DNA of 63,664 nucleotides, counting the filler, from Olpidium bornovanus S191 (lineage: Eukaryota; Fungi; Olpidiomycota), in NCBI GenBank assembly GCA_017911155.1. It is 31 parts of 31 records of this genome, joined end to end, with 100 filler letters (N's around TTAATTAATTAA, not from the genome) between each part and the next. Parts side by side here need not be neighbours in the genome. Positions count along the whole stretch, not along the records: positions 1 to 1,980 come from JAEFCI010012588.1; positions 2,081 to 3,166 come from JAEFCI010009227.1; positions 3,267 to 6,736 come from JAEFCI010000807.1; positions 6,837 to 8,496 come from JAEFCI010009390.1; positions 8,597 to 10,779 come from JAEFCI010000174.1; positions 10,880 to 12,639 come from JAEFCI010006242.1; positions 12,740 to 14,530 come from JAEFCI010005470.1; 24 more parts are not named here. One strand, written 5' to 3'. A program made the translations under genes and the position numbers. Under the pieces are notes generated by a model. That model searched no databases, was not told where the DNA came from, and saw only the letters and a list, made by a program, of their open reading frames with translations. Positions 1 through 14,630 of the stretch are shown one piece after another. Within the stretch, counting starts at the first letter, position 1; every line of letters starts with the position of its first letter.

Positions 1-98
1 CATGCCGGGACGCTGCCGCTCAACAGACGCAGCAGCCGGCTCGGCATCAAACTCCGTAACCGGCGGGACTCGTCCGTACAGGGTATATCATCCATCCA

Positions 99-328
99 GG
101 CAGCTCAAATACATAACAACGCAAAACCTCTAAACAACACGTATTTCCACGCGTTGGAGTAAAACGTGAGTTCTTGCTTTTTCTGTCGGGCAAACGGCAA
201 AGAAACAGGCGCGGCAGCTCAAATACATAACAACGCGAAACCGCTAAACAAGACGTATTTCCACGCGTGGGAGTAAAAATGTGGGTTCTTGTTTTTTCTG
301 TCAGGGCAAAAGGCAAAGAAACAGGCGC
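99..328 (+). repeat. Two-unit tandem repeat, about 114-116 bp per unit
   Basis: GGCAGCTCAAATACATAACAACGC...AAAGAAACAGGCGC at 99-212 and 213-328; about 10 differences by manual alignment. Confidence 0.93.
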
Positions 329-1071
329 GGCGAAGGGCAGATCGGCCACAACAAACGGCAAGTCAAAGAGCACGGCAAACGGCAGGGCTAATTGGCCTGG
401 CACATGGCAGCAAGGCAATGGGCATGGCAACTGGCGGCAGGCCAAGGGCAGTAAAAGTAACCACCTCCATTGAAAACAGCCGGAAACGCGAATGAAAAAA
501 AAAAGTCAATTTGGAGGCAGCAAACAATCTTGAGCCAGCCTAATCTATTACATACTGCTAGTAAACCTTCGCCGGTTTTCCTGACGTAGAGGTCGCGCCT
601 TGCAGTGTCAGCTTTGTACGGTTTCTCGTTTCAGGTATTTATTAATGCAAGTCAGGCGACCGTCTCGACCATCACCCCGTCATCGCCGCCGTGCCGCACT
701 GCGTTCTGCTTGTGTTCGAATCGGAAACAAGGGTCATACTAAGGAAGATGGAAGATTCTGACGTGGCGTGAAGATAGCGCTGGGACGCCCGCTCTCGCTC
801 TCGTTGCGCCCTACGGAAACCGCACCAGGCACCGTCCCTGAGCATATCGTGAACGAGGTTGACATCGAAAAACCTCCACGTACGGGTCGCGCGGCGCAAC
901 TTTTCTAGGGGCGGACGCGTGATTCTCACGCGCCCCTCCCCCTCCGGACAGCTCGAAGGCCCGCCGGCCGGAGCGTAAACTAAAAACGGAACAAAAAAAA
1001 TAAAAAAAATCAAAAGTCAAGGCGGCGGCATACCGGCCGCAGGACAACCGCACGCAGCCAAGGCCGCAGTC

Positions 1072-1980
<909 letters not shown>

Positions 1981-2080
1981 NNNNNNNNNNNNNNNNNNNN
2001 NNNNNNNNNNNNNNNNNNNNNNNNTTAATTAATTAANNNNNNNNNNNNNNNNNNNNNNNNNNNNNNNNNNNNNNNNNNNN
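1981..2080. other. Artificial contig spacer (first of 30 in the window)
   Basis: N-run + TTAATTAATTAA (stops in all six frames) + N-run, 100 nt. Recurs at about 3167, 6737, 8497, 10780, 12640, 14531, 16794, 20151, 22264, 23543, 27008, 28198, 30568, 32385, 33819, 35790, 38938, 40433, 42017, 43952, 45522, 46831, 50681, 52049, 55369, 56986, 58282, 61216, 62420. Confidence 0.99.
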
Positions 2081-2400
2081 ACGGAGTCGACTACTCTTCT
2101 CGATCGTGTGGATAGTCGAGAGTTGACGGAGGTTGCCGAGGCAACAGAGTCGCGAGACAGGCTTCGAGGCATGCTTCGATTGCGGTAACTCGGTCCCGTG
2201 GTGTATCGTTCCGCGGTGCGTCCGCGCTGTTCTTCAGGAGTAGCAACTGCGAGGAAAGCGCCAGGCATGCTAGCTGCCGGGGCAAAGGGCGGTTGAGGCG
2301 GTGGAGGCTGTCAGGGCCAAGGTGCCGTCGTCTGCCTTCCTTCCTGCGCATAACTTCCGTCTTCCTTCATGGTTTATCGGACAGGGAGCAGTTGACGGTT

Positions 2401-2562
2401 TGGGCTCATAACCTGTTCAGCTTGTACCGTAGAACTCGGAGGAGAATCCAAAAGGGAGCAGGAGTACGTGGAAGGGAAGCCGAGAGGCAGGGATCCTGTA
2501 TATTTTTCGTAATCTAGCTATCGCCATCACGTCCTTTTTATACTGCAGGGTAATAGTAAACT
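2401..2562 (-). mobile_element. Ty1/copia-type LTR U5 end plus primer-binding site
   Basis: Minus strand reads ...AAGCTGAACA (LTR end) then GGTTATGAGCCCA (2413-2401), complementary to the initiator tRNA-Met anticodon arm. TATAAAAAGG at 2542-2533. A second copy of this LTR is at 3267-3413. Confidence 0.85.
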
Positions 2563-3266
2563 TACAGGGGTAAACAAGGGGCAGATGCGCACGGTGTAGC
2601 TGCGCCTCCCCCTTTATTCTATTCTACCCCTTCATTCCTTACAGAGGGGGGAGAGGGGGGGGGGGGAAGAGATGCATCCACAACATTACAACGCACTCCC
2701 CCCTCCCCTCCCCGCTCAGTGTGTCTCTTTCGAGAGAAGATGGGAGCGGTGTTTCACTCGCGCAGAATCGGTTCTCTCTTTTCGCTCTTTCTTTTTCTCC
2801 CCTCTCTCATTCCTCTCTCTGTATCATCACGTTATTTTTTTCGGTGTTACTATTGACCCCGGAGCACGTGTGCCGCGCCCGTAGTTCCACACCTTGTTCA
2901 TTATTCCGAAGAACTTCCGCTCCGCATCCCGAAGCATCAGTTCTACTACCAGGGGAATATTTTCTTTTCCGCAGATGGAGAAAACGTTCCGATAAAGTCT
3001 ACTTTTCTTTTGTTTATACTCTAAAACAGAAAAAAAAAAAAATAAAAAATACAAAAGATAATAACGTGCGCAGAATCACAAAGCGGGGCTTGATCGCCAA
3101 AAACCGCTTTCCCGAACCGGCCCCTACTGCGAACTGGGCGCCACGCCGCCGTTCGCGGCGAGCATGNNNNNNNNNNNNNNNNNNNNNNNNNNNNNNNNNN
3201 NNNNNNNNNNTTAATTAATTAANNNNNNNNNNNNNNNNNNNNNNNNNNNNNNNNNNNNNNNNNNNN

Positions 3267-3413
3267 AGTTTACTATTACCCTGCAGTATAAAAAGGACCT
3301 GATGGCGATAGCTAGATTACGAAAAATACAGGATTCCTGCCTCTCGGCTTCCCTTCTGCGTACTCCTGTTCCCTTTTGGATTCTCCTCTGAGTTCTACGG
3401 TACAAGCTGAACA
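3267..3413 (+). mobile_element. Second copy of the same LTR (3' or solo LTR, truncated by contig start)
   Basis: About 95% identical (6 substitutions and a 2-nt indel) to the reverse complement of 2414-2562. Ends ...GCTGAACA with no PBS after it. Confidence 0.88.
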
Positions 3414-3605
3414 GGGTTGACATTCCGCGGGTTGCAGTTTTTTGAAACGTCAACCAGGGTTGTTCGCGCACAACCCGGTGTGATGTCGAAAGGGGTCGTG
3501 CGAGCTCCTGATTTTGTGTTTCCGTCAGCCGGGCGCGCCCCGGCGCGTCGCGTCAGGGTTCGCAGAGAAACGCCCGCACCCGCAGCGCGCACGCACGCAC
3601 GCGCG

Positions 3606-3610
<5 letters not shown>

Positions 3611-3643
<33 letters not shown>
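3611..3643 (+). repeat. (AC)n microsatellite
   Basis: About 16 AC units; a shorter run lies near 3908-3924. Confidence 0.97.
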
Positions 3644-3645
<2 letters not shown>

Positions 3646-4490
3646 ACGCGTCGCGCGCGCGCGAATTGCCAAGACAAATGAGGAGTCGTCACGAACGCTG
3701 TGAACGTGGGCGGAGCACCCGGGGGGCCGCCTCCCGAGCACACCAAGCTTCCGTCTCCGAGGGGGCGCCGACGCAGGGCGGCCTCGCCGCTCCGTTTTTC
3801 ATTCGGGACAGCCCCGACCTCAAATCAGCTCTCGGGGGTGGCGCCGTTAACAGACACCCGGGAGAGAGGGAGAGAACCTGTGACAACGCGCGAGCGGCAG
3901 CCCCTCCACACACACACACACACACCCCCCTCCCCCCCCTCCTCCCGAGAGTAGTGGCACGAGAAGAGCAGCCGAAGGCCGAAAACAGGACGGCAGGCGC
4001 CACGCGGGACGGCTGCGACGGCCGACGGCGACGGTCGGGGATGCTCGAGGGGCGACGTGGTGACGGGGCGAGGGAAGCAAATGTAACGGGGGCAACGGCG
4101 ATGTCTGAGTTGTACTCCAGATCGGTTTATCCAACGGAGGAGACGCTTTGGAAGCACGGCGGGCCTGGCGGCGCGACGGCAGGCGTTTGATGTTCACGTA
4201 ACCAAAAAGCGTACTCCTCCGGTCGTGACATTTCATTTTTTTTTTTTTTTTCCACGGAACCTCAAAATTGGCGTTGTAGAACTTGCCGGCGCTGTATGCG
4301 ACAGGGCTCGCGTGCGCCGGGAGTGGCGCGACGCTTTCGCTTTAACTTAAACGCGCGAAACGCGCCGTGGGACACTGCCCGCTCCATGAATTTCTCTTTG
4401 ATTCCATCTGTTTTTTTTTTTTTTTTCCTTTTTTCCAGGAACCGTCACCATCCCCCAAAACGCGGACGCCCAAGCTGCAGCTCAATCCTC

Positions 4491-6578
4491 TCACGCCACT
4501 TTGCTCAGCACCCCCAAAAACACGTCCGCCTCGTTTTTGCCAAACACGAGCATCGGCCTCAGGCGGACGCTCCGCTCGCCGCACCCGGCGAGATGGACGC
4601 CGCGGTTGCGCATCGCCGTGACGAACGCGTCGCGCAGGGCGGGCGTGGGGAGGTCGAAGGCCAGGAAGGTCCCCAGGCCGCGCACGTTCGACAGGGCGAA
4701 ATTTCTGCCCGTCGCCTTTCGCGAGGCGGCGATGTCGGCGAGGTGACCCTTCACGTAATTTCCCACGCTCGACACCCGGTCCAGCAGCTTCTGCGACCGG
4801 ATCTCGTTTACCGTCGTTGTCGCCTGGATTAGTCGTGCGGGATCGCCGAGCCAGGTGTCTTAATTTTTTTTTTTTTTTTGAGAATGTTTGGACGTGAAGT
4901 CAGCGTCCCCGGAAGAGTGGTCGCAGCAGGGAAAGGCAGAAAGGAAACTGCTCACTAAAATTCCGCCAGGCCTGGCTCGGCCGGTACTCCCTGCGGTAGA
5001 AGAACCCTCCAAGCTGCATCTTTTTCGAGAACGTGACGATGTCCGCTGCCGGCCCGCTGTCTTCTTCCCCTTCCTCGTCCCAGTACTCGTGCGCCCAGAA
5101 CTTGCCCGTTGCGCCAACGCCCGTCTGCACTTCATCGACGATAAATACGATTCCGCGGTCGCGACACAGCTTGCGCAGCGACCGGAAGAAGGCCGGCGAC
5201 GCCCACCGGTCACCGCCCTCCCCCTGGATAGGCTCGACAATCACCGCGGCGATCTCGGGCTTTTCACGGCTAGCGGGCGACGAGCGGTCATTATGCATGT
5301 CAAGAATTTTTGAAATCATCTTTAGGCACCGGTCCTCCTCCTCGGCGTTCTCCGCAGTATGCTGCTCCAGAGGGTATTTGAGCTGGGGAAACGGGGCTTT
5401 CGGCCAGTGGAACGCCGGTATGTCAAGCTTGTGGATAGGCTGAGAAGGTCGCGGATGCAGAACAAGTTCAGTTGAGATACTGGATACGGACAGCGGGTTG
5501 TGCTTTGGATATCCCAGCTGACCTTGCTCCTAGTCAACGAAAGAGTCCCTACGGTCCGACCGTGAAAACCTCTTTCGAAGCTAAGAACGCCCAGGTGCGG
5601 GCTGCCCGGCGGCGCGTTCTGCATGCACGATTCGATCTCTTCGGCCGTAAACTCCGACATATCCACGAATTGCTTGCCCGGGGTCGAACTAACGCGCTTG
5701 CGGTGCTGATGGAACATGAAAGCCGCCTTAATCTGCGAAATGCGTCAGTTCCCCGTGGCCCCTCGTATCGTCACCCTCCTCCCCTCCCACTTCTCCCTCT
5801 CTGCACAGAGCTTTTCAAATCTTGGAGGCGACCGACGCATTTCGAGAAACGAATCTGCGCATCTCACCGCGCACTCGTTTGCCGAGCTGCCACAGAGCGA
5901 CGTGAACACGTTGTTCAGTCCCTTCGGTGCGATCTTCATGAGGGAGTTCTCCACGAGGTCAATCCAGTGGCCTGTAGGGACCACTCCCAGTGCCGGACGG
6001 TTCACCAGGGCGGAAATCGTCTCGGGGCGCCGGGCGGCGGCCAAAAGCGCTGGATTGTTGTAACCCAGAGACAGGCTGTGTCGACAGAAGGCGGACGAGA
6101 AGTGAGCTTCATCCTCAGCGCGCCTCGGAATACCAGCGCCGCTGGGGTCGAGCACGTTACCTCGCTATCTGACAGTACAAATCCAGCATCGTGTTGCCTG
6201 CGTTTTTGGGCAAACCCGTCGAGATCAACGGTTCGCCGCCGTCAAGTTCCGCCTGCAGTACCCTTTCCCTTCGGTACTTCCACACATACCGTCCACGTCC
6301 GCGATATAGTTCCCCATGGATTTCGACATGTCTGTCACAAAGAACACGGCCCTCGCATCCGCGACACCTTCCAGCCGCGCCTTGTACTTCGCGGTGGCCG
6401 GACCAGGGACACTGGTTTGCATGATGGGCTTGACGGGCTGCAGCGGAAAATAATGCGCGGTGACCGGGTCGAACTCGGCTGCGGCAGGTCGGGAGGAGAA
6501 GCGGCGGGTCGGAGGCGCGCGGCGCGGGAGCCCACATAAGGCGGGGCGAGCGGCCGGGGCGGCGAACGCAGGCGCCAT
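4491..6578 (-). CDS. UGA1: 4-aminobutyrate aminotransferase (GABA-T), multi-exon, apparently complete, with mitochondrial-type N-terminus
   Basis: KSMGNYIADVDG|NTMLDLYCQIA|SLSLGYNNP, CGSSANECA, SFERGFHGRT, IVEPIQGEGGD, VDEVQTG, TFSKKMQ (PLP lysine), TWLGDP, GCGERSVRLRPMLVF; stop at 4491. Confidence 0.96.
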
Positions 6579-6667
6579 CTTTCCGGTGGCTTCGCGATTA
6601 ATTTCGTCGGAGCGGAACAAACGTGGCGCCGCACACGCGCGCGGAGTGAGCGGAGGGGGGGGGGGGG

Positions 6668-6722
<55 letters not shown>

Positions 6723-7496
6723 GAGGGGGGGGGGCGNNNNNNNNNNNNNNNNNNNNNNNNNNNNNNNNNNNNNNNNNNNNTTAATTAATTAANNNNNNNN
6801 NNNNNNNNNNNNNNNNNNNNNNNNNNNNNNNNNNNNACCTGTACTCGGGGGCCACTTTGGAACGCACGCCGGGGATGGGGGGGGGGGGGGGGGCGGGGGC
6901 CCCCCCCCCCCCCCCCAAAAAAAACACCCCCCCCGCGGGTCTAAAAAACCTTGCGAAGCCGCGGTTGTCGCCGCCGTCGCGGGCGTGGAGCGCCGCGTTT
7001 TTTTTTTTAAAAAAGTAAAAAAAAGTCTTTAAGGAGGGCAGGAACGGGGGGGGGGGGGGGGGGGGGGGGGGGTCGGGGGGGAAAGGGGGGGGGGGGGGGG
7101 GGGGGGGGGGGGAGAGGAGGGAAGCTCCGGTGGGAAAAAGCGTGGGGGCGGTGGCTTGTACACCGACGCGGGGGACATTCGCGCTCGTAAAGCCCGCCAC
7201 CCCTCCTTCCCCCGGTTTTCGCCGCCGGTTCTCCTTCCTATGCGGCGACGGCGGCGGCGAGTGTTCCGGAGAATGACGATCCGCGACTCGTACCCTCAAC
7301 CACCTTCCCCCTCCCCCGGTGCTTCCAGGTTAGCCTCGCGTCGCCCGCCTGTAGACGACAAACCTCGTCGGAAGAAAAAAACGACGGGGCTGCCTTAGGC
7401 AGACCCGAGGTTTGGGGAGTTGGCCGCCGGGTCATACCGCCTTTTTTTTAAATTCTGCAGGAGAAATAATGTGCCAAAGACGAGCGCCGACCCCGG

Positions 7497-8496
7497 CTAC
7501 ACCTCCGCCCGTTCAAAGATCTTCGTCAGCTCCCGCAACAGGACGCCGATCTCCTCGGCCGTCCCCACCGTGATGCGCAGGCACGCAAAACAGCCCGGCT
7601 CGTTGCCTCGAAAGCGGACGACGACGCCGCGGTCCTTCGCGAGGGCCTCGTACACGGCCTGCGCCGCCGCGTTCGACGGGTTGCCGTCCCGGTCAAGGAC
7701 CTCCGCGAGCACGAAGTTGGCGTCGCACAGGCCGAGGATCTTCCCGATCCTCGGCATGGCCCGCAGCGCTTCGATCAGCCTCCTCCGGTCACTCACGAGG
7801 ACCGCGACGTTGCGCCTCATGGCCTCGACGCCTTCGGCGGAAAGCGCTTCTTCCGCGATCGACAACGTCGGCGTGCTCAGGTTGTAAGGGGCTTTGGCCT
7901 TGCTGAGGTATTGGATGAGCGCAGGTTGGGCGATGCCGACACCAAACCTGGAACGCCAGTTGCGCGCGTGGGGGTCGTATCAGGCGGCCGATAGGCGTCC
8001 AAAATGACGGGGGAACGACAAGGCCCACTCACCGAATGGCAGCTAGGCCGAAGCTTTTGCTCAACGTCTGCGAGACGAGCAGGTTGGGATAATCCATGAC
8101 CCACGTCGCGGCGGACGGATTCTGGCCGTCCACCGTCTCGGCGAAGTCGATGTACGCTTCGTCCACAACAATGAGGCCACGGTAGGACCGATACTCCAAC
8201 AGTGCCTTTACATCTTGTGGATCCAGGAGGCTTCCAGTAGGATTTCCGGGCGAGCACAAAAAGAGAATTTTGACGTCGGGATCTGCCGATAGCGCCCTCT
8301 TGACCTGAACTCCGCCGTCGACCACGCCCAAACGATACCGTAAGTATTTCCCAAGCTACGGAAAGGCAGGAATGCGTCCGTAAATCTTGCGGTTGACCTC
8401 ACCTCGTCGACTCTAAGTTGGAAGCGGCCGTCCTTGACGTTCAGCGGTACCTTACGGACGCCGACGTCGTTGGTTTGTGCGCACACCTGGTACATG
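7497..8496 (-). CDS. HIS5: Histidinol-phosphate aminotransferase, 5' partial
   Basis: MYQVCAQTND, FLCSPGNPTG, VVDEAYIDF, QTLSKSFGLAAIR (PLP lysine), KAPYN, ANFVL, LRITVGT; two introns. Confidence 0.96.
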
Positions 8497-8991
8497 NNNN
8501 NNNNNNNNNNNNNNNNNNNNNNNNNNNNNNNNNNNNNNNNTTAATTAATTAANNNNNNNNNNNNNNNNNNNNNNNNNNNNNNNNNNNNNNNNNNNNCCGG
8601 TACGACAGATGCCCGAGGGAGAAATAGCGGAAATAGCGAGAGAATCAGGGGTAAACGGGGAAGGGTAGTCCTTGACGCGGGCTGAGCGTCAGGAAGTCCC
8701 TGTATTTTTCAACATGGCCGGTTGATGACGACCTGGCCGACGGCGCCCCGCCGTCTCCATCAGGTCGACGTCCGCCCGTTTTCGCGCGCAATCCACTGAT
8801 GCTACGCCCACCTGGGTGCGGTGCTGGTTTAGTCGCGGAGACGAAAAGTGTGACTGGTGATGTTTATTTTTCTTCTTTGCACAACCCAAAAATAAAAAGG
8901 AACAACAAAAAAAAAAAGCAAACCAAGAAAAAAGTGGAACGCCGGGACGCTTTCGCGCCCGCCGATCGCGGGGGTTGAGCAAAACCAACGA

Positions 8992-10131
<1,140 letters not shown>

Positions 10132-10733
10132 CAGCCCGCCAAGTTTGGGGGACTACGGCTAACACACTTAATCTTGCAGTTTCTTTATCTAATTCGGCTG
10201 TCACCGGGACGAGCCCGTTTTTGACAGCCGGACCGAACATCTTCATCTGTTGCTCACCCCGTCATGTTCCTGGAAATCGGTGGACGTGGAGGGGCGCGCG
10301 AGCGGGACCCAAACGGTTACCGCGTCGCTACACCGACGCCAACTATCTGCGGCCCGCCGCCGCGTTCTCCCGATAATTTGCTCCCGGACGCGCAACGGAG
10401 GATCCGGAATCAAGTTTCTTTAAACAGCGTCAGATGTCCCGGGGCGCTTGCGCCGGAAAATTATCCGACTCGGACGCCACTACACGTTTTTTCCGGTCGC
10501 GCCGCATAGGGTTTCTGCTGATGCAGGATCTCTCGGCCGTCCTTGCCTCGAACCGTGAACCTGCTCGGCGGCTTCTTTTTGGGCCACCCGCATTCCCGAA
10601 CTATTTCGATTACGGGCTTCCTGAGAGAGTAAATCGGCCAGAATTCCAATTAAAAAGTGCCATTGTTTTCCATCCCCCTCCCCCGCCTCCACCCCCCCCC
10701 CCCCCCCTTTTTTTGGGGGGGGGGGGGGGGGTT

Positions 10734-10770
<37 letters not shown>

Positions 10771-12463
10771 GGGGGCGCCNNNNNNNNNNNNNNNNNNNNN
10801 NNNNNNNNNNNNNNNNNNNNNNNTTAATTAATTAANNNNNNNNNNNNNNNNNNNNNNNNNNNNNNNNNNNNNNNNNNNNAGATTGGGGGCGAAACGCAAA
10901 CATTCAGATTGATTTTTTTGTCGTTACAACACTAGACCCACTGTGCGTAACTTGCACATCTTGCAATGTCTTCCTGGGGCGACATTTCCGGCAAAGGCAA
11001 CCCGCCGATGCTCACCAGCCAAGACCGCCCGTGACGAGAGGACGCTGCGACGTCCTGCCGAAAAACCCCCTTAAGCGTGGTTTTTTGCGCCACTTTGCGC
11101 AGCTGCGGAAGAACCCGTTCCCCCATCCCCCCCCCCCCCCTCCCCTCCCCTCGCCCGGGCCGGTTTCGACGCGACCTCCGGCCAAAAAAAAAAAGAAAAA
11201 AAATGATCCCCCCTCGTTCTTTTTTTTTTTTTTTTGCTTCTTGCGCGACCAACTTTCTTTTTACTGTTTCGCGATTTTGCAAACAGACCGATAAGTTTTT
11301 TTTTTGTTTGACGGCGTAAGGGTAAATTGACGGACGGTCGTCTGGCGGGTTACGACGGCTCCGCCGAGCAGAAGAGATCGGCGGCGCAAAAACAGTTTGA
11401 ATTTGAGGGGAAAGGGGGGGGGGGGGGGGGGGGGCCGAGCTGCGCTCGAAGGTGTCGTGTGTAGACGAATTTTTTGCGTTCAGCGCAGCGCGCACCACCC
11501 GCGTCGACACAGTCGCGGCAAACGCGGTCGCATCAGCGCGACAACGGTCACGTCGCCGCTTGCGAATTCTTCATTCTGCCTAGCTAAATTTGCAGTTGGA
11601 AATCAGCCGCTTAGGGTCGGGCTGGGAGAACCGGGGCGTGGGGACAAAAATGAAGGGAGAAAAAAGGGGGGGGGGGGGGGGGGGCCAAAGTGCGACCTCC
11701 AGATCCTAATAAAAAAAACCAAAATACGGATACATAAAAGGAAAGTCCTCCAAGGGGCAAAAACGGGGCGCAGGCGGCCGGAGGGCACATGTAATATATA
11801 CATGCGTATGCATCCCCCCCGAGGGCCCCCGGGAGAACCTGAAAAAACGATGGTGACAAAGGTCCGCCCAAGCAAGCCTCGCTCTCCTCCTTCCCGGGTT
11901 TCGCCCATTTCAAAAATTCAGTGGATCCATAAAGGCGAACTCCGCGGATGTCCATCTCGGGGCGGCGAGATTCTAAACGGAGGAGGGATAGTGTGCCTTT
12001 TTTTTTTTTTTTCTCTGTTTTTTTCCCCTTCTCTTTTTAATTTTTTTGTTACGTTCGTGGCCCACCTTCCCTTCCCCCCACCCCTGGCATTATGAATCCC
12101 ACCCTCCCCATAGGAAAAAGATTGTTACATTTTTTAAAAAAAAAAAAGTAGAGAAAATTAGCTTTAGAAATAAGATGGTACAAAATAATCGAAAATTAAC
12201 TGTGGTGGCGTGCTCCCCAGGTTCCAGGTGGGGCGACGTTGTGAGGCGGGGGGATGGGAGGCCGGGCGTTATTTTGCGCCCTTTCTTGTACACAAAATAT
12301 CTTGGGGAGTGGTGGGAGTGGCGGGGGGGGGGGGTGAGTGTAGGAGGTTTAGACCCCCCAAAAAGAAGGAAAGAACGAAAAAAGAAAGCGGGACATGGGG
12401 AAGGGCGTTCGCGGTTTGTTTTTTTTTCCTTTTTTCCTTCCCTTTTTTGCTTTCTCTTTCTTT

Positions 12464-12639
12464 TTACAACATGCTGCCGGCCACGGCGGCCGTTAGCCAC
12501 GTGGACATCGAACCGAGAAGCATGGCGCTGAGCGCGAGCTGCGCGAGCTCGGCTTTCCGGCCGGGACACAGGCCGCCTAGGGCGGAAACCTGGATGCCGA
12601 TGGAGCCGATGTTGGCGAAGCCGCAGAGCGCGAAGCTGA
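12464..12639 (-). CDS. CNT: Concentrative nucleoside transporter (SLC28/NupC family), C-terminal fragment
   Basis: SFALCGFANIGSIGIQVSALGGLCPGRKAELAQLALSAMLLGSMSTWLTAAVAGSML* matches the conserved CNT C-terminus (ALCGFAN.SS.GI). Confidence 0.9.
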
Positions 12640-12742
12640 NNNNNNNNNNNNNNNNNNNNNNNNNNNNNNNNNNNNNNNNNNNNTTAATTAATTAANNNNN
12701 NNNNNNNNNNNNNNNNNNNNNNNNNNNNNNNNNNNNNNNCAA

Positions 12743-12789
<47 letters not shown>

Positions 12790-12851
12790 TTGTTGTTGTT
12801 GTTCCCCCCCCCCCCCCCCCCCCTCCCACATCCCCGGCTGACGTGGTCCAG

Positions 12852-14078
12852 GATCCCCGCCCGACCGCGCGCCTCCGCGCCGTTCCCCGCGTCGCGTCGG
12901 CGCCCCGCATCATTATGACTTCAGCAAGCTCGGCAAGGCGAAACCGAAGAAGAGCGCGTTGTCGTCGTCGCTGGGGAGCGGCCGTGCACTGTTTCTGACG
13001 CCGCAGCTGGGCACGACGTCGCTCGTCAAGGGCAACTTCGGGCACATCGTCGTGTGCCCCAAGTTTGTCAACGAGAACGACTGGCTCGCGGGGAACAGTT
13101 ACGCGTGTCGCGCCCCGCTGCGTCTTTTCTATCTCTCTTTTCTCTCCCTCTCTCCCTCATTTTCTCTCTGGTAACGACACCGGGAAGAGGTGCGGGTGGT
13201 GGGAAGACCTGACGTCTCGCCACTCCTCCTCCACCCAGTATTCGACTTTTTTCATTACCTCAATCTCTTTTACGGGACGGTGTCCAACTTCTGCACGACA
13301 AAGGATTGCCCGAATATGTCGGCCGGCGCCGGGTAAGACCTGATTCCTGGCCCCTTTCTCCTCCCCCTCCCCCCCACCCTTCCCCCTCACTTCTCCTTCC
13401 TCCTCCTCATTCTTCTTCCCCATGCTCATACAGCGCTCACGCCCCTCTCGTTCCCCGGAAACCGTCTCTCCCCGTCACGCGCTTGTGCGTAACGCCGCAA
13501 ACGCCGGCTGGCCGGGCGCGCAAAATTCTTTTCTTGTTATCGGGAATTTCGCAGGGTTGAGTTCCAGTGGGTCGACGCGCAGAAGAAGAGCCTGAAGCTG
13601 CCTGCGCCGCAGTACATCGACTACGTGATGACGTGGATACAGAACACGCTGGACGATGAGTCCGTGTTTCCCACAAAAGTCGGTGAGTCGGCACTGGTCC
13701 CAGCATTTCTGGCGAAAAAAGGGAAAGGAGGGGGGCGGGGGGGGGTGTGGCGAGTTAGGCAAAGGCGACCCCCCTCGTGGCTCTCTCACGCATAGCGGTG
13801 ATTGTCTCCCGTTCCGTGTCCCTTAAGGCCATGAGTTTCCCCGCGACTTCCCGGCGACGTCGAAGCAGATGTTTCGCCAGATGTTTCGAGTGTTTGCTCA
13901 CATCTACCACCATCATTTCGCAACGGTGCTGCACTTGTGCGAGGAGGCGCATCTCAACTCCCTCTTCGCCCACTTCATGAGCTTTTCCCGGTGCTTCGAC
14001 TTGCTCGACCGCAAGGAGACTGCTCCCCTTGCGGATCTGATCTCGGACATGGAAAGCGCGGGCTTGATAACCGCGTGA
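12852..14078 (+). CDS. MOB2: MOB kinase activator (Mob2-like), 5' partial
   Basis: LVKGNFGHIVVCPKFVNENDWLAGN|IFDFFHYLNLFYG...CPNMSAG|FQWVD...LPAPQYIDYVMTWI...DESVFPTK|MFRVFAHIYHHHF...AHLNSLFAHF; three internal introns. Confidence 0.92.
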
Positions 14079-14630
14079 GAGACGTGGGGAGGGTGGGGGG
14101 AGGTGGCGTGGGCGGTAAATCCGCGGGAGGTAAAACGTGCTTACCCTTTCGAGGCCGAACATACGTTTTGAGTTTTTGTTACCGCCACACTCGCATGCCC
14201 CGGCCCCGGATTCCCCCCTTTTTTGTCCCGTTCCCTTTTTCCGACACCCTCCGGTTTTACGTTTTGTCCGTCCAACTTGCCGTTGTGTCGGGCTGCTGTA
14301 TGCATATCCGTTTTGTCCCCGCTCCGCATGTTTTTTACGTTTTACCTTTCGCCGTCCACAACCATCCGCCTCCCCTCACCACCCAACGCCGCTCCAACTC
14401 CGCCTCCAACCCATTCTGTCTTATTTCATCATTGCAAGTCGCGAGCAGGGACTGCACGGCGGATTCTTGCTACCGCTACCAAATATTCCCGTCATTCTTT
14501 TCCCCGGTGACCCCGTCATCCTTTTCCCCGNNNNNNNNNNNNNNNNNNNNNNNNNNNNNNNNNNNNNNNNNNNNTTAATTAATTAANNNNNNNNNNNNNN
14601 NNNNNNNNNNNNNNNNNNNNNNNNNNNNNN

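Noticed and set aside
672-1013. Minus-strand ORF divergent from fucose synthase
   Set aside because: Possible exons but no recognisable motif; not supportable as a feature.
2401-2413. tRNA-Met gene at the GGGCTCATAACC hits (also 54540 and 61904)
   Set aside because: Only the anticodon arm matches; no D arm, T arm or acceptor stem. Better explained as retrotransposon PBS.
6650-7130. Long G/C tracts as G-quadruplex arrays (also 10680-10780, 28120-28197, 46755-46830)
   Set aside because: They sit at contig ends in visibly error-prone sequence, so lengths and interruptions are unreliable.
10932-11080. LVTGGLG-like peptide suggesting an NAD-binding enzyme
   Set aside because: Seven-residue match only, with no continuing exon found.
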